From a virus (lineage: Duplodnaviria > Heunggongvirae > Uroviricota > Caudoviricetes), in the IMG/VR virus record IMGVR_UViG_3300022758_000287: 35,739 nt of DNA; one strand, given 5' to 3'. Shown piece by piece: positions 10,065-19,562 of the stretch. How positions within the stretch are numbered: the first letter of the stretch is position 1; each line of letters begins with the position of its first letter. Made by a program: the position numbers and the translations under genes. Below the pieces are notes generated by a model. The model searched no databases. It was given only the letters and a program-made list of their open reading frames with translations, and was not told where the DNA came from.

Positions 10065-10813
10065 TGTGCTCAACAGTGATCTCACAACTAGGTTTCGAAT
10101 GCCATCCAATAGGCAAGACCTTGAGAATTATCAGTCCATTCACTTACTGTGATGATGGAGAGCATGTCGGTGCCTTTATCCGTGAAGTCAATGGTAGGTA
10201 TTTAGTTAGTGACAGATGCGATGCCTTAATGAATATGGAGGCAAGAGGGATCTCGCTTACCAAAAAACGACTTGATGAGATACGACAATTACTGCTTAAA
10301 GAAGGCGCAGAACTCAATGCTCGAGGAGAAATCATTGCTTGGGCAACAGAAAAGGATGTCGGTGCGATTACATCGAACATAATTAGAGCTGGTATACTCG
10401 CATCAACTTTGTCGTTAGACTGGTATCAGCCAGTTCAAGCTGAAAAGTTTGAAAGTATGGTTATTGATTATCTATATCACACAGAGCTTAGAGACGCACT
10501 TTCTCTTCGTGAAAACGTATATGGCTTGAGTGGACATCAAATTACCGTCCCTGTAACAATAAAAACCGACATACCTAAATACGTTTTTACATCAAGCGTG
10601 AAACACGGAGGAAGCTGGAATAGTGCTTACTCATTGCTTGGGAAACTAATTGATCTTAAAGCTTCAAGTGAGGAGTATAACAACAGATTTGTTGTTATAG
10701 ACAGCGAAGCAATTGGTGATCAAATGCAACAACTCTCCTTACTCTTCCATGAATCAAGCCAAGTTCTACCATTCTCCAAAAGAGAGACTTGGGTTAAGAG
10801 ACTTGCAGCATAA
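10061..10813 (+). CDS. Hypothetical protein B (250 aa) in the rexB position
   Basis: ATGA start/stop overlap with gene A; followed by an intrinsic terminator; no homolog recognised. Confidence 0.65.
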   Translation: MMCSTVISQLGFECHPIGKTLRIISPFTYCDDGEHVGAFIREVNGRYLVSDRCDALMNMEARGISLTKKRLDEIRQLLLKEGAELNARGEIIAWATEKDVGAITSNIIRAGILASTLSLDWYQPVQAEKFESMVIDYLYHTELRDALSLRENVYGLSGHQITVPVTIKTDIPKYVFTSSVKHGGSWNSAYSLLGKLIDLKASSEEYNNRFVVIDSEAIGDQMQQLSLLFHESSQVLPFSKRETWVKRLAA

Positions 10814-10816
10814 TAC

Positions 10817-10845
10817 AACCCGGCCTCAGCGCCGGGTTTTCTTTG
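10817..10845 (+). terminator. Intrinsic terminator ending the cI-A-B operon (tImm-like)
   Basis: Stem aacccggc / gccgggtt with loop ctcagc, followed by ttttctttg. Confidence 0.7.
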
Positions 10846-10989
10846 CCTCACGTTCGCCCACCTAAAAACACATAACCAATTATATTTATTGAAAAATAAA
10901 TAGATGCAACCCACTAAACCACGCAATTCTGATCTCTCCTTACATCGCCGAGGCAATACATCCACGCTAAAAAACAACACTATTAAATA

Positions 10990-11070
10990 CAAAGCGTTAT
11001 AAAAAACCACGCCAACTTACAACAAATTGTATTGATCTTGTAAAGTACATATCGTACTATTTAACCGTCA
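10990..11070 (+). promoter_or_regulatory. Presumptive pL / oL region
   Basis: Position upstream of nutL and N; dyad TACAACAAATTGTA and nearby TTGTA repeats; operators not resolved. Confidence 0.3.
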
Positions 11071-11106
11071 GCAGGACGCTGGAAGCCAAATGGAACAGAC
11101 TGGCAG

Positions 11107-11150
11107 GCTCTTTAAACAACGTCGACTCTCGACTACGTGGCTGAAAAGCC
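11107..11150 (+). promoter_or_regulatory. nutL-like site: boxA (gctctttaa) and boxB hairpin (ggctgaaaagcc)
   Basis: boxA-like motif 11107-11115, stem-loop 11139-11150 with the same gaaa loop as the nutR candidate. Confidence 0.5.
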
Positions 11151-11249
11151 AGATCACCCAACCACATAAGCTGTGGGATGCAATGCCGAAGCAACCGTCT
11201 CAGGAGGAGCTTCGAGATTGCATCGCCAAAGTTTATTCGGGAGGAATCC

Positions 11250-11522
11250 ATGTCCAGAAAAACAGAATTTAAAGGCACCGCAGCTTCTCGCCGTAGAGCT
11301 CGTCGCGCAAATCTGCAAAGTCAGGAGGCGATCAGCTCCGACAAGCTACACAGGCCAACCCCTTCACGAGTGGTCTTGCAATGCAAGCTCAAACCAGCAA
11401 TGAGAGCAGAAGTGATAACTCTGACAACGTTGACCAGAAAATATGAAGGTTCAACTTGTCTTCCGAACGTAGCTCTTTACGCGGCAGGCTACCGGAAATC
11501 AAAACAACTGACGGCGAGATGA
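11250..11522 (+). CDS. N: N-like antitermination protein (arginine-rich motif)
   Basis: N-terminal arginine-rich motif GTAASRRRARRA; gggagg RBS; first gene after nutL. Confidence 0.55.
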   Translation: MSRKTEFKGTAASRRRARRANLQSQEAISSDKLHRPTPSRVVLQCKLKPAMRAEVITLTTLTRKYEGSTCLPNVALYAAGYRKSKQLTAR

Positions 11523-11538
11523 TAAATTCATTTGCTAA

Positions 11539-12120
11539 TTACTTGTTTTTGCCATGCTTATCCTGAGCGATAAGTTCATCCATAAGGCTGTCTGCCTTCC
11601 CGGCAAACCTAATGTAGCACTCATGTCTATAGCTTTCAGGGATAACGAAACGGTCGGTATCAGGATATCCAACAGCAGGAGGCCTTCGAACGAGGAGTCC
11701 TTTTTTGAGCAATGAAATTGATTCATGAGCGCCCTTTTCCGTTTGTAGCTGGTTATTAGCGGCTACAGCGAATGCCAAATACGCTCTTTCTCCAAGAGTT
11801 AACGAATCAAACAAATCTTGCACATATTTTTCTTCTTTAGATTTGCGCTTCTGAGCAGCGAATACCTCAATTCTTTCAGTCACAGCGTGATAAGCGGAAT
11901 TAACAACGCCGTTAAGCACATAGCTAACGCAAAACAACAGGATGTAATACATCCAGTAATGAGGAAGGATTTCTGGACTATGCAGGTTTATCCATTCTTT
12001 TACGCTTACCGGCATAACAATAATCAATATGATCAGGATGATTAGCATATGAATCAACTGTTTAAGTGTCATTCCTTGCAGGAAAAAATGCATTAGTTCC
12101 TGCCACCATGAGTTGTTCAT
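11539..12120 (-). CDS. sieB: Superinfection exclusion protein SieB
   Basis: 193 aa near-identical to remembered lambda SieB. Confidence 0.9.
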   Translation of the reverse strand: MNNSWWQELMHFFLQGMTLKQLIHMLIILIILIIVMPVSVKEWINLHSPEILPHYWMYYILLFCVSYVLNGVVNSAYHAVTERIEVFAAQKRKSKEEKYVQDLFDSLTLGERAYLAFAVAANNQLQTEKGAHESISLLKKGLLVRRPPAVGYPDTDRFVIPESYRHECYIRFAGKADSLMDELIAQDKHGKNK

Positions 12121-12263
12121 CGGCGTTTCTCTTTTGCTCTCTGTAGGGGTGAATAGAGTTTATCCGATTTCTCGTTGTAGGGGTACACGAGAACCACCGA
12201 GCCTGATGTGGTTAAAAGACAGGCACAATCTTTACTACCGCAATCCACTATTTAAGGTGATAT

Positions 12264-12350
12264 ATGGAAGAAGAATTTGAAGAGTTCGAAGAGCATCCTC
12301 AAGATGTGATGGAACAATACCAGGACTATCCGTATGACTACGACTATTGA
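12264..12350 (+). CDS. Small acidic 28-aa ORF (lambda orf28 position)
   Basis: MEEEFEEFEEHPQDVMEQYQDYPYDYDY with aaggtg RBS; same position and length as lambda orf28. Confidence 0.45.
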   Translation: MEEEFEEFEEHPQDVMEQYQDYPYDYDY

Positions 12351-12433
12351 TACAAATCAATGGTGTGGGCAAGTACGAACTACGGCCAATGATTGCCAGA
12401 GAACTTGGTAAACAGAACAACAAAGCTGCCTGA
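12334..12433 (+). pseudogene. ral: ral (restriction alleviation) remnant: internal deletion plus frameshift
   Basis: Ral N-terminus MTTTIDTNQWCGQ and C-terminus MIARELGKQNNKAA are ~20 codons apart and in different frames. Confidence 0.6.
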
Positions 12434-12569
12434 TAGTGGCCTTTATTTTTGGCATAAATAACAGAATAAACACTGCACTGTGTATTCATTCCAACGAGTG
12501 AATACACGGAGCAATGTCGCTCGTAACTAAACAGGAGCCGACTTGTTCTGATTATTGGAAATCTTCTTT

Positions 12570-12596
12570 GCCCTCCAGTGTGAGGGCGATTTTTTA
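12570..12596 (+). terminator. Intrinsic terminator within the pL operon (tL-like)
   Basis: Stem gccctc / gagggc with loop cagtgt, followed by gattttttat. Confidence 0.6.
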
Positions 12597-12615
12597 TCTA
12601 TGAGGATATGAATAG

Positions 12616-12984
12616 ATGTCAAACATCAAAAAATACATCATTGATTACGACTGGAAAGCATCAATAGAAATTGAAATTGACCATGACGTAATGACAGAGG
12701 AAAAACTTCACCAGATTAATAATTTCTGGTCAGACTCTGAATACCGACTCAATAAACACGGCTCTGTATTAAATGCTGTATTAATCATGCTGGCGCAACA
12801 TGCTCTGCTTATAGCAATTTCAAGCGACTTAAATGCATATGGTGTTGTGTGTGAGTTCGACTGGAATGATGGAAATGGTCAGGAAGGATGGCCTCCAATG
12901 GATGGTAGTGAAGGAATAAGAATTACCGATATCGATACATCAGGAATATTTGATTCAGATGATATGACTATCAAGGCCGCCTGA
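12616..12984 (+). CDS. Hypothetical protein (122 aa) in the ea10 position
   Basis: ORF with gagga RBS; acidic C-terminus; no homolog recognised. Confidence 0.55.
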   Translation: MSNIKKYIIDYDWKASIEIEIDHDVMTEEKLHQINNFWSDSEYRLNKHGSVLNAVLIMLAQHALLIAISSDLNAYGVVCEFDWNDGNGQEGWPPMDGSEGIRITDIDTSGIFDSDDMTIKAA

Positions 12985-13056
12985 GCGCGGCGTTACCGCA
13001 TACCAATTACGCTTCACTCGAGGCGTTTTTCGTTATGTATAAATAAGGAGCACACC

Positions 13057-13221
13057 ATGCAATATGCCATTGCAGGGTGGCCTGTTGCTGGCTGCCCTTC
13101 CGAATCTTTACTTGAACGAATCACCCGTAAATTACGTGACGGATGGAAACGCCTTATCGACATACTTAATCAGCCAGGAGTCCCAAAAAATGGATCAAAC
13201 AATTATGGCTATCCAGACTAA
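13057..13221 (+). CDS. cIII: cIII (FtsH inhibitor)
   Basis: 54 aa [54 protein letters not shown], matching lambda cIII. Confidence 0.9.
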   Translation: MQYAIAGWPVAGCPSESLLERITRKLRDGWKRLIDILNQPGVPKNGSNNYGYPD

Positions 13222-13333
13222 ATTCACTATCGCCACTTTTATTGGCGATGAAAAGATGTTTCGTGAGGCCGTCGACGCTTATAAAAAATGGATATTAATA
13301 CTGAAACTGAGATCAAGCAAAAGCATTCACTAA
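13190..13333 (+). CDS. kil: Kil (host cell-division inhibitor)
   Basis: 47 aa [47 protein letters not shown], matching lambda Kil. Confidence 0.85.
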   Translation: MDQTIMAIQTKFTIATFIGDEKMFREAVDAYKKWILILKLRSSKSIH

Positions 13334-13408
13334 CCCCCTTTCCTGTTTTCCTAATCAGCCTGGCATTTCGCGGGCGATATTTTCACAGCCATTTTCAGGA
13401 GTTCAGCC

Positions 13409-13705
13409 ATGAACGCTTATTACATTCAGGATCGTCTTGAGGCTCAGAGCTGGGCGCGTCACTACCAGCAGATCGCCCGTGAAGAGAAAGAGGCAGAACT
13501 GGCAGACGACATGGAAAAAGGCCTGCCCCAGCACCTGTTTGAATCGCTATGCATCGATCATTTACAACGCCACGGGGCCAGCAAAAAAGCCATTACCCGT
13601 GCGTTTGATGACGATGTTGAGTTTCAGGAGCGCATGGCAGAACACATCCGGTACATAGTTGAAACCATTGCTCACCATCAGGCTGATATTGATTCAGAGG
13701 TATAA
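13409..13705 (+). CDS. gam: Gam (RecBCD inhibitor, short GamS form)
   Basis: 98 aa near-identical to lambda GamS with aggag RBS; the upstream GamL extension (ATG 13288) is out of frame. Confidence 0.9.
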   Translation: MNAYYIQDRLEAQSWARHYQQIAREEKEAELADDMEKGLPQHLFESLCIDHLQRHGASKKAITRAFDDDVEFQERMAEHIRYIVETIAHHQADIDSEV

Positions 13706-13710
13706 AACGG

Positions 13711-14496
13711 ATGAGTACAGCACTCGCAACGCTGGCAGGGAAGCTGGCTGAACGTGTCGGCATGGATTCTGTCGACCCACAGGAACTGATCACCACTCTT
13801 CGCCAGACGGCATTTAAAGGTGATGCCAGCGATGCGCAGTTCATCGCATTGTTGATCGTCGCCAACCAGTACGGCCTTAATCCGTGGACGAAAGAAATTT
13901 ACGCCTTCCCTGATAAGCAGAACGGCATTGTTCCGGTGGTGGGCGTTGATGGCTGGTCCCGCATCATCAATGAAAACCAGCAGTTTGATGGTATGGACTT
14001 TGAGCAGGACAATGAATCATGTACATGCCGGATTTACCGCAAAGACCGCAATCATCCGATCTGCGTTACCGAGTGGATGGATGAATGCCGCCGCGAACCA
14101 TTCAAAACCCGCGAAGGCAGAGAAATCACGGGGCCGTGGCAGTCGCATCCCAAACGGATGTTACGGCATAAAGCCATGATTCAGTGTGCCCGTCTCGCCT
14201 TCGGATTTGCTGGTATCTATGACAAGGATGAAGCCGAGCGCATTGTCGAAAATACCGCATACACTGCAGAACGTCAGCCGGAACGCGACATCACTCCGGT
14301 TAACGATGAAACCATGCAGGAGATTAACACTCTGCTGATCGCCCTGGATAAAACATGGGATGACGACTTATTGCCGCTCTGTTCCCAGATATTTCGCCGC
14401 GACATTCGCGCATCGTCAGAACTGACACAGGCCGAAGCAGTGAAAGCTCTTGGATTCCTGAAACAGAAAGCCACTGAGCAGAAGGTGGCAGCATGA
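13711..14496 (+). CDS. bet: Bet (Red-beta single-strand annealing protein)
   Basis: 261 aa matching lambda Bet. Confidence 0.95.
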   Translation: MSTALATLAGKLAERVGMDSVDPQELITTLRQTAFKGDASDAQFIALLIVANQYGLNPWTKEIYAFPDKQNGIVPVVGVDGWSRIINENQQFDGMDFEQDNESCTCRIYRKDRNHPICVTEWMDECRREPFKTREGREITGPWQSHPKRMLRHKAMIQCARLAFGFAGIYDKDEAERIVENTAYTAERQPERDITPVNDETMQEINTLLIALDKTWDDDLLPLCSQIFRRDIRASSELTQAEAVKALGFLKQKATEQKVAA

Positions 14497-15173
14497 CACC
14501 GGACATTATCCTGCAGCGTACCGGGATCGACGTGAGAGCTGTCGAACAGGGGGATGATGCATGGCACAAATTACGGCTCGGCGTCATCACCGCTTCAGAA
14601 GTTCACAACGTGATAGCAAAACCCCGCTCCGGAAAGAAATGGCCTGACATGAAAATGTCCTACTTCCACACCCTGCTTGCTGAGGTTTGCACCGGTGTGG
14701 CTCCGGAAGTTAACGCTAAGGCGCTGGCTTGGGGAAAACAGTACGAGAACGACGCCAGAGCCCTGTTTGAGTTTACTTCCGGCGTGAATGTTACTGAATC
14801 CCCGATCATCTATCGCGACGAAAGTATGCGCACCGCCTGCTCTCCCGATGGTTTATGCAGTGACGGCAACGGCCTTGAGCTGAAATGCCCGTTTACCTCC
14901 CGGGATTTCATGAAGTTCCGGCTCGGTGGTTTCGAGGCCATAAAATCGGCTTACATGGCCCAGGTGCAGTACAGCATGTGGGTGACGCGAAAAGATGCCT
15001 GGTACTTTGCCAACTATGACCCGCGTATGAAGCGTGAAGGACTGCATTATGTCGTGGTTGAGCGGGATGAAAAGTACATGGCGAGTTTTGACGAGATGGT
15101 GCCGGAGTTCATCGAAAAAATGGACGAGGCACTGGCTGAAATTAGTTTTGTATTTGGGGAGCAATGGCGATGA
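14493..15173 (+). CDS. exo: Exo (lambda exonuclease, Red-alpha)
   Basis: 226 aa matching lambda Exo. Confidence 0.95.
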   Translation: MTPDIILQRTGIDVRAVEQGDDAWHKLRLGVITASEVHNVIAKPRSGKKWPDMKMSYFHTLLAEVCTGVAPEVNAKALAWGKQYENDARALFEFTSGVNVTESPIIYRDESMRTACSPDGLCSDGNGLELKCPFTSRDFMKFRLGGFEAIKSAYMAQVQYSMWVTRKDAWYFANYDPRMKREGLHYVVVERDEKYMASFDEMVPEFIEKMDEALAEISFVFGEQWR

Positions 15174-15352
15174 CGCATCCTCACGATAATATCCGGGTAG
15201 GCGCGATCACTTTCGTCTACTCCGTTACAAAGCGAGGCTGGGTATTTCCCGGCCTTTCTGTTATCAGAAATCCACTGAAAGCACAGCGGCTGGCTGAGAA
15301 GATAAATAATAAACGGGAGGCGGTATGCACAAAGCATCTCCTGTTGAGTTAA
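15164..15352 (+). CDS. Lambda orf60a-like small protein
   Basis: [31 protein letters not shown]... matches remembered lambda orf60a. Confidence 0.7.
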   Translation: MAMTHPHDNIRVGAITFVYSVTKRGWVFPGLSVIRNPLKAQRLAEKINNKREAVCTKHLLLS

Positions 15353-15516
15353 GAACGAGTATTGAGATGGCACATAGCCTTGCTCAAATTGGAGTCAGGT
15401 TTGTGCCAATACCAGTAGAAACAGACGAAGAATTTCATACGTTAGCCACATCCCTTTCACAAAAGCTGGAAATGATGGTGGCGAAAGCAGAAGCAGATGA
15501 GAGAGACCAGGTATGA
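15325..15516 (+). CDS. Lambda orf63-like small protein
   Basis: 63 aa matching remembered lambda orf63. Confidence 0.7.
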   Translation: MHKASPVELRTSIEMAHSLAQIGVRFVPIPVETDEEFHTLATSLSQKLEMMVAKAEADERDQV

Positions 15517-15526
15517 CAACCACTGA

Positions 15527-15808
15527 ATGCATTTTTCTGGCAGCGGGCTTCATATTCTGTGTGCTTATGCTTGCCGACATGGGGCTTGTTCAGTGACACC
15601 TCAGCAAGAAAACGCCCTTCGCAGCATTGCCCGTCAGGCTAATTCTGAAATCAAAAAAGCCAGACAGCAGTTTCCGGATAAAAACGTCGATGACATTTGC
15701 CGTAGCGTACTAAAGAAGCACCGCGAAACGGTAACGCTGATGGGATTCACACCGACTCATTTAAGCCTGGCGATCGGCATGTTAAACGGCGTCTTTAAGG
15801 AACGGTGA
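15527..15808 (+). CDS. Hypothetical ea-region protein (start uncertain)
   Basis: ORF in the ea region; overlaps a 27-codon ORF (ATG 15513, MTTTECIFLAAGFIF...) in another frame, so start or frame may be affected by an indel. Confidence 0.4.
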   Translation: MHFSGSGLHILCAYACRHGACSVTPQQENALRSIARQANSEIKKARQQFPDKNVDDICRSVLKKHRETVTLMGFTPTHLSLAIGMLNGVFKER

Positions 15809-15906
15809 ACATGAAAAGCAAAATCATCAGGGAGCTACAGGCTCCTTTTTTATTATTCGCATTCACCCTCAAGCGTATTAACCAACAATTCAGGGATTAA
15901 TGAAAG

Positions 15907-16128
15907 ATGGCGGACATCATTGATTCAGCATCAGAAATTGAAGAATTACAGCGCAATACAGCAATAAAAATGCGTCGTCTGAACTACCAGACTATATCCG
16001 CCACTCATTGTTGTGAGTGTGGCGATCCCATAGATGAACGAAGACGCCTGGTCGTTCAGGGTTGTCGGACTTGTGCAAGTTGCCAGGAGGATCTGGAGCT
16101 TATCAGTAAACAGAGAGGTTCGAAGTGA
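15907..16128 (+). CDS. C4 zinc-finger protein, TraR / DksA family
   Basis: CxxC...CxxC pattern (CCECGDPIDERRRLVVQGCRTCASC) in a 73-aa protein. Confidence 0.7.
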   Translation: MADIIDSASEIEELQRNTAIKMRRLNYQTISATHCCECGDPIDERRRLVVQGCRTCASCQEDLELISKQRGSK

Positions 16129-16889
16129 GCGAAATTAACTATCAGGCACTGCGTGAAGCGGCAGAAAAAGCAACGTGTGGTGAGTGGTCGCTCGAATATG
16201 GAGAGAGCCGATTTGATGGTGATTATGCGCTAATTCATCGTGAAGTTGCTGGATATATTCCCATTTGCAGAATTGAAGGAGCGCATCCAGAAAGCGGTTT
16301 CGATGAAGATTTCCAAATGGAACAGCAGGCCAATGCTGAATTCATCGCCGCAGCCAATCCGGCTACTGTGCTGGCACTGCTGGATGAACGGGAAAGAAAC
16401 CAGCAATACATAAAACGCCGCGACCAGGAGAACGAGGATATTGCTCTTACTGTTGGGAAGCTGAGAGTTGAGCTTGAGGAGACAAAATCAAAACTCAACG
16501 AGCAGCGTGAGTATTACGAAGGTGTTATCTCGGATGGGGGTAAGCGTATTGCTGAACTGGAGAAAAGCGAAGAGCAACTCATTAACGAGCGTGACCATGC
16601 TGAATCTGCTTTAGCAGATATGTACTTTGCAGCAACCGGGGATGAGCCGGAGTGGAGCAACTGGTTCGGCTTTTCAGATGCTGTCGATGCCGTGGTTGAC
16701 AGAATTGCTGATTTAGAAGCTAAACAGCCATCACCAGTAGTACCGGAAGGACTGGTTAAAGCAGTGCGCTTCTATGAACAGGTTAAGCGTGAAAATCCAC
16801 CAGTCGAAACAGAGGCATGGAAAGACGCTATTGACTGGGTGCTCAAAGAGTCTTGTCAGGCTGTAAACATTGATACCAATGGAGATTGA
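16125..16889 (+). CDS. Ead / Ea22-like protein
   Basis: 254 aa acidic coiled-coil protein typical of lambdoid ea regions. Confidence 0.6.
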   Translation: MSEINYQALREAAEKATCGEWSLEYGESRFDGDYALIHREVAGYIPICRIEGAHPESGFDEDFQMEQQANAEFIAAANPATVLALLDERERNQQYIKRRDQENEDIALTVGKLRVELEETKSKLNEQREYYEGVISDGGKRIAELEKSEEQLINERDHAESALADMYFAATGDEPEWSNWFGFSDAVDAVVDRIADLEAKQPSPVVPEGLVKAVRFYEQVKRENPPVETEAWKDAIDWVLKESCQAVNIDTNGD

Positions 16890-16890
16890 T

Positions 16891-17696
16891 ATGAGCACTT
16901 TTACCGACAAAGAACTGATTAAAGAAATCAAAGAGCGTATCAGCAGTTTGGATGTGCGAGACAATGTTGAGCGCCGGGCTTATGAAATTGCTCTGGCATC
17001 GCTGGAAGAGAATCCGGTGGCATGGCTGCATTCAGACAATGGCTTAGGTATTCCGGCAATAACGAGGAGTAAAAACATTGCTGACAGTTGGTTATCAAAG
17101 GGTTGGTATGTTCAGCCGCTATATATGCCAAGCCAGTGCCAGTAGTACCTGAAGAAAAACCAATGCCTAACCCTCTTAGCATGTACGCGGTCGATGCTGT
17201 TGCCGCTATTGCAGAGGTGAGAGGCTGGAACGCCTGCCGCGCGGCTATGCTTCATGCCGGAAACTTTCGGGAAAACGCGAATTCGTCAACCAATAATTTT
17301 CGGGAAATTTCGGAAACGTCAACCAACTCTCCGGTAATTCCTGGTGAGGTGTTGTCCGCAATCCTGAAATTTGCCAGAGTTCGTGCTGATTTCGATGATT
17401 TTGACGGCGACAGGCGAGGTATCGGTGATTGTCTGGATGAGGCTGAGCAAGAGCTTATCGTTACCATTAACAAATATGCCAGTCAGTTGGCAGCAGAACC
17501 GATAGCGACTAATGACGTTCGAGAGCAGCAGACAGCCGTTCCGCCAGTTCCTGTAATACAGGCTGATGTCGCGCAAGCAATTGAAAATCTCAGGCAGAAG
17601 TTAGTGGAATGCAATCGCTATAACTACTGCGCAGATGCAGTTAAGGGCGTAGAGGATGCCTGCCACGCTGCCATGCTTCAGGGAAAAAGAGAGTGA
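16891..17696 (+). CDS. Hypothetical ea-region protein, interrupted by a frameshift near 17120
   Basis: Two consecutive ORFs in different frames join naturally around ...QPLY/AKPVPVV... at a tatatat repeat. Confidence 0.5.
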
Positions 17697-17697
17697 T

Positions 17698-17907
17698 ATG
17701 GCTATTGCCGCAAGTTACACCATGCATCTCTATTGTGATTGTCGCCAGTGTACGGAAGGTGTATATCCAGTGCCAGACTTCGGTGAGTATATCGGTACGT
17801 CATGGTCTGGTTGTGCAAAAGAGGCCCGTAAAGACGGGTGGCGAATAAGCAAAGACAAAACACGTACTTTTGCGCCCGGGCATAAAGTTTTGAGGATTAA
17901 CACATGA
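17698..17907 (+). CDS. Hypothetical small Cys-rich protein
   Basis: 69 aa ORF MAIAASYTMHLYCDCRQCTEG... tightly packed between neighbours. Confidence 0.45.
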   Translation: MAIAASYTMHLYCDCRQCTEGVYPVPDFGEYIGTSWSGCAKEARKDGWRISKDKTRTFAPGHKVLRINT

Positions 17908-18644
17908 CCACTATTACCAAAGAACGTATTGAATTGTTCATTAAAAATCCGCTTGAAAACGGGCTTACTCGTGGCGAACAAATGGAACTAGCACGAATTG
18001 CACTGGCATCACTGGAACGCGAACAGATTCGCCACGAGCATGCCAAATGGTCTGACTCCACATTTGGCTGCGTTGGCCCCATTGGTCCACTGAAACACCT
18101 CTCAAAAGAGGCACTGGAAGCCGCAGCCGAACCAGACGATCTTAGCGAGTGGGCTGATATGCAGTTTCTGTTGTGGGATGCACAGCGCCGTGCTGGCATC
18201 AGCGATGCTGAAATTACCGTTGCTATGGAAGATAAATTGAAGATCAACATGGAGCGCCAGTGGCCTGAGCCAAAAGATGGTGAGCCTCGCTTGCACATTA
18301 AAGAACCCGGCAACTCTCCGGTAATTCCGGATGGTTTATCCACGGTATGCGCTGAGGCTTATCAGGTTGTAGGAGTTATGGCAGATGCGCTTGGTGTATT
18401 CGGTGATGCAGCAGTACAGAAAGTTCTGGATAACCTGTCACAGCAAAAACTTGTTCACAGAGATGTGCTGCCGTTCTCGCTTCCGGTAACTCCGGATGGT
18501 TGGGTTATGGTTCCTAAACAGGTAACGCCGGAAATCAGCAACGCGATAAACGTTGTGGGTCAACGCTGTACATGCGGAAATTGCTCTCAGCGGTTGTGGG
18601 ATTTATTACTCGACGCCACACAGCAAGGAGTTAACCGTGGCTAA
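17904..18644 (+). CDS. Hypothetical ea-region protein, paralogous to the 16891-17696 gene
   Basis: gagga RBS; shares the IALASLE and NSPVIP motifs with the upstream paralog. Confidence 0.6.
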   Translation: MTTITKERIELFIKNPLENGLTRGEQMELARIALASLEREQIRHEHAKWSDSTFGCVGPIGPLKHLSKEALEAAAEPDDLSEWADMQFLLWDAQRRAGISDAEITVAMEDKLKINMERQWPEPKDGEPRLHIKEPGNSPVIPDGLSTVCAEAYQVVGVMADALGVFGDAAVQKVLDNLSQQKLVHRDVLPFSLPVTPDGWVMVPKQVTPEISNAINVVGQRCTCGNCSQRLWDLLLDATQQGVNRG

Positions 18645-18921
18645 CCTGCAACTTGCCGTTAAAGGTGAATACTTCGATGCCATGATTCGCGGAGAGAAAA
18701 CGGAAGAGTATCGCCTGTGTAATGACTACTGGAAAAAGCGCCTCGTTAACCGTAAGCATGACCGCCTGATTATCACAAAGGGATATCCGAAGCGCGACGA
18801 TTCCAGCCGCAGAGTTGATGTTCCGTATGACGGATATGAAGTGAAGACAATCACACATCCGCACTTCGGTGATAAACCGGTAAAGGTATACGCGATAAAG
18901 GTAAATATCGGCACTGAATAA
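18637..18921 (+). CDS. ASCH-domain-like protein
   Basis: GTG start with aaggag RBS; GEKTEEYR motif resembling the ASCH GxKTxExR signature. Confidence 0.5.
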   Translation: MANLQLAVKGEYFDAMIRGEKTEEYRLCNDYWKKRLVNRKHDRLIITKGYPKRDDSSRRVDVPYDGYEVKTITHPHFGDKPVKVYAIKVNIGTE

Positions 18922-18946
18922 CAATCCGCACAACACAAGGTCAAGA

Positions 18947-19186
18947 ATGTTCAGAGTGATTTACCCTAACACCTGGTACGTCGACCACCACGGCACTCCC
19001 TGCAAAATCCTGCGTTCCACTCACAACAAAGTTCACTACATCCGAAAAGGCAGAACATGTATCGCCAGCATGTTCCGCTTTAATCATGACTTTGAACCTG
19101 TGAATAAAGCTGACGCAGATCGGATAGCTGAAGAGATCGAAACAGCAGAACACATTAAGAAGTTACGTGCCATACGCAGGAAATAG
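18947..19186 (+). CDS. Hypothetical protein (79 aa)
   Basis: ORF between the ASCH-like gene and xis; no homolog recognised. Confidence 0.4.
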   Translation: MFRVIYPNTWYVDHHGTPCKILRSTHNKVHYIRKGRTCIASMFRFNHDFEPVNKADADRIAEEIETAEHIKKLRAIRRK

Positions 19187-19325
19187 AAAAATTGATAAAT
19201 TCAATACTGCATTTCTCAGCATTAAATTTATCTCTATGACCAGTCAAGAGATGTACCTGCCATGAGCTTAATATCATGTCAGATATATCGGTCACAAACT
19301 CCCTCAGCAGCTAAGAGGAGGACAA

Positions 19326-19562
19326 ATGTCTCGACTAATCACTTTACAGGACTGGGCTAAAGAAGAATTTGGGGACTTAGCACCAAGTGAGCGAGTTCTG
19401 AAAAAATACGCGCAAGGGAAAATGATGGCCCCACCCGCTATAAAAGTTGGTCGCTACTGGATGATTGACCGAAATTCCCGTTTTGTAGGAACGCTTGCAG
19501 AACCGCAACTCCCAATAAACGCAAACCCAAAACTCCAACGGATAATCGCTGATGGCTGCTAG
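19326..19562 (+). CDS. xis: Excisionase
   Basis: 78 aa with gaggagga RBS, overlapping the int start as in lambda; Xis-like LTLQDWA...PP.K.GR.W pattern. Confidence 0.65.
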   Translation: MSRLITLQDWAKEEFGDLAPSERVLKKYAQGKMMAPPAIKVGRYWMIDRNSRFVGTLAEPQLPINANPKLQRIIADGC

